A DNA stretch of 64,000 nucleotides. Origin: Isurus oxyrinchus. Its lineage: Eukaryota. Position numbers and translations under genes: made by a program. The stretch lies in assembly GCA_026770705.1 (NCBI GenBank), contig JANJGN010000012.1:76322001-76386000 (forward strand), written 5' to 3'. The notes under the pieces are model-generated. The model was not told the origin of the DNA. It saw only the letters and a program-made list of their open reading frames with translations, and searched no databases. Of this stretch, positions 61,620 through 64,000 are shown piece by piece; positions within the stretch are counted from its first letter, which is position 1; every line of letters starts with the position of its first letter.

Positions 61620-62690
61620 CAAAAGAAGAGCTCATGATGTAGGGCGTAGCATATTATCATGGATAGAGGATTCGTTGGCTAACAGGAAGCAGAGAGTAGG
61701 TCTTTTTCATGATGGCAAGCTACAATAAGTGGAATGCCAAAAGGATCCCTGCTGGGCCTCAAATTATTTACAATTTATACCAATGACTTGGATGAACGGA
61801 CCAAATGTACTGGAGCTAAATTTGTTGACGACACAATGATAGGTACGGAAGTAAATTGTGAGGAGGACATAGAGAGTTTACAAAGGGATTCAGATAGGTT
61901 AAGCGAGCGGGCAAAAAACTGGCAGATAGAGTATAATGTAGAAAAACTCATCCAGTTGGGCAGGAAGAATAAAAAAGTAGCATATTAGTTAAATGAATAA
62001 AGATTACAAAATTTGTTGGTATAGAGGGATCTGGGTATCCTAGTACATGAATCACAAAAAGCTAGCATGCAGGTACAGCAAGTGATTAAGAAAGCAAATG
62101 GAACTTTGTTATTTATTGCAAGGGGGGTGGATTATAAAAGTAGGGAAGTTTTGCTACAGTTGTACAGGGCAATGGTGAGACCACATCTGGAGTACTGTGC
62201 TGGTCTCCTTACTTGAAAAAAGATACAACAGCGTTAGAAACCGTTCAGAGAAGGTTCATTCAACTGATTCCTGGGATGAAGGGTTTATCATCTCAGCATG
62301 TGTTGTACAGACTGGGTCTGTATCCATTGGAGCTCAGAAGAATGAGAGGTGAAACATATATGATCCAGAGGACATTTCCCCTTGTGGAAGAAACTAAAAC
62401 TAGGGACACAGTTTAAAAATAAGGGGTCTCCCATTAAGACAGAGATGAGGAGAGGTTTTATCTCTGAGAGTCCTTGATCCGTGGAATTATCTTCCCCAGA
62501 GAGCAGTGGAGGCAGGGTCATTGAATATTTTCAACGATGAATTACAAAGATTCTTGATTGACAAGGGAGTCAAGAGCTATGCAGGGCAGACAGGACAGTG
62601 GAGTTAAGGACATAATCAGATCAGCCATGATCTTATCAAATGGAAGAGCAAGCTCAAGGGGCCAAATGGCCTACTCCTACTTCGTATGTT
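61620..62690 (+). mobile_element. CR1 LINE RT/3' remnant
   Basis: PKGSLLGLKLFTIYTNDL; KFVDDT; LETVQRRF; CR1 tail. Confidence 0.85.
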
Positions 62691-62899
62691 GATATGGACA
62701 GTGGGACTTTTTGACAGTGGAGCAAGGGATATGAGGACACTGGGCAGGTCATATAGTGGGGCCGGCGGCGGGGCATGGATGAGAGCTCAGTGAAGACGTT
62801 AAAAAGGTGACATAGGCTAATTTGGGTTTGCTCACGTCATCCAAACTAGCCTCAACCACCCCCCCCCCCCCCCCACACTAGGGTTAACTGTATCTTGCT

Positions 62900-63226
62900 T
62901 GTCCTGCTTTCTACCCTTAATGTCACCTATTAGCACATTCCTTAGATAATATCACCACCGTCAATACCTCTTTGTCCTTTTGTATATGACATCTTTTGGC
63001 TATCTCCACCTATCACTGGCCCTTTATCCAGCTCTACTTGTCCCACCCCCAGTTAAACCAGCTTATATTTCACCTCTTTTCTATTTTTCCTTAGTTCTGT
63101 TGAAGAGTCATACAGACTCGAAACGTTAACTGTATTCCTCTCTGCAGATGCTGTCAGACCTGCTGAGTTTTTCCAGCTATTTTTATTTTTATTTTGGATT
63201 TTCAGCATCCGCAGTTTTTTGCTTTT
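62900..63226 (+). mobile_element. Penelope terminal-repeat fragment near NELFCD exon 1
   Basis: agttctgttgaagagtcatacagactcgaaacgttaact at 63093-63131, followed by cagatgctgtcagacctgctgagtttttccagc. Confidence 0.8.
63093..63131 (+). ncRNA. Putative minimal type I hammerhead ribozyme motif (core variant CUGUUGA)
   Basis: Stem I AGUU/AACU; core CUGUUGA plus A; stem II GAGUC-AUACA-GACUC; GAAA; palindromic ACGU stem III; predicted cleavage triplet GUU at 63125-63127. Confidence 0.55.
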
Positions 63227-63239
63227 AGTCTCAACCACA

Positions 63240-63720
63240 GTTGGCACCGCCCCTTGAGTCACTGACCACGCCCACTATTTTCAGCCTGCTTAAAATTAGC
63301 CCCACTTCCGATATTGCGTCTATGGCCGCGCCCTCTTCGTTGGCCCTGCACTCTTCGGACCGCCTCCACCATTGACTCCGCCCCCTCCATTGGCCCCATC
63401 TCCTCACCAACGGCGCCTTTCCACCATTCGCGGCCTATCTTTAAACAATATGAGGAGGCTTCATCCTCACCATGGAGCCGTCCTGCTCCTCCCAATCCGC
63501 AGCGCTCCCGAAATATTCCTCGCTCATCCCTTTCCCTCGGAGCCCACCACCGCCTCCAGCACACACACCGCTCGGTCCACTGCTCTCCCCCAAGCCGCTC
63601 ATAGACATATAAACCGCTGACGGTAATGAGGCGCTGGCCTGTGATTGACCTCCGCCTACAGCGCCATCAATGGCAGCGGAGGAGCATATACGGTTACTGT
63701 TTCTGCACGAATGCACATCA
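63240..63720 (-). promoter_or_regulatory. CpG-rich promoter / first-exon region of NELFCD
   Basis: Dense CpG and high GC against a CpG-depleted background. GC-box-like CCGCCC near 63379. Surrounds the start codon. Confidence 0.75.
63471..63527 (-). CDS. NELFCD: NELFCD exon 1 coding part
   Basis: ATG at 63527. Translates MSEEYFGSAADWEEQDGSM (cf. human MDEDYYGSAAEW). Donor ATG|gtgagg. Lies in a CpG-rich region. Confidence 0.92.
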
Positions 63721-64000
63721 GTCATTGCTCATTCAACAACATTTTATATTTATATGGCGCTTTTAACACTGTAAGACGTTTCAAGACCTTTTATAGGAGT
63801 TTTATAAAGCAAGCAAGTAACATGAGGACTTATTGGGGCGGATATCCAAAGACCTGGTCAAAGAATATGAGATAGAGAGGAAATTCCAGAATTTAAGTCC
63901 TAGACAGCTGAAGATATAGCCACTAATGGTGGAGTGATTAAAGTGGAAAATACTTGGATTTGCTTCTGCCTCAGAAGGTTGTGAGTTCAAGTCCTAGTGG

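Noticed and set aside
63441-63725. 94-aa single-exon ORF
   Set aside because: It begins at a non-ATG codon and reads through the exon 1 donor; only the part from 63527 (possibly 63608 or 63602) to 63471 is supported.
1-64000. Remaining 60-130 aa ORFs in the track
   Set aside because: They are explained as transposon remnants, antisense or read-through frames of real exons, or chance ORFs.

Overview
Vertebrate genomic DNA, most likely a cartilaginous fish (inferred from the repeat landscape; no database check was possible). Two convergent genes are present. The last three coding exons of cathepsin Z (CTSZ) lie on + at 249-5206. A complete 15-exon NELFCD/TH1L gene lies on - at 63527-17316 (1743-nt CDS, 580 aa, all GT-AG introns, CpG-rich first exon). 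Most other sequence is transposon-derived: many CR1 LINE fragments, Deu-domain-type SINEs, a Penelope-like element plus about ten of its terminal-repeat fragments, Harbinger-type MITEs, a probable solo LTR, a decayed Copia-type gag-PR-integrase fossil, and three minisatellites. Best candidates for something new: (1) a ~3 kb ORF1-less EN+RT LINE that starts with a tRNA-like A/B-box head, lacks shared sense-strand TTTT runs, and has head+tail SINE derivatives, so it may be a Pol III-driven protein-coding retrotransposon; (2) minimal hammerhead-ribozyme motifs in the Penelope repeats, including a recurrent CUGUYGA core variant; (3) a 32-bp minisatellite that appears to supply the branch point of NELFCD exon 3; (4) a Copia-type fossil ending ~50 nt from the NELFCD last-exon acceptor. 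Exon coordinates were read base by base; repeat boundaries are approximate. No prokaryotic-type system or CRISPR array is present.
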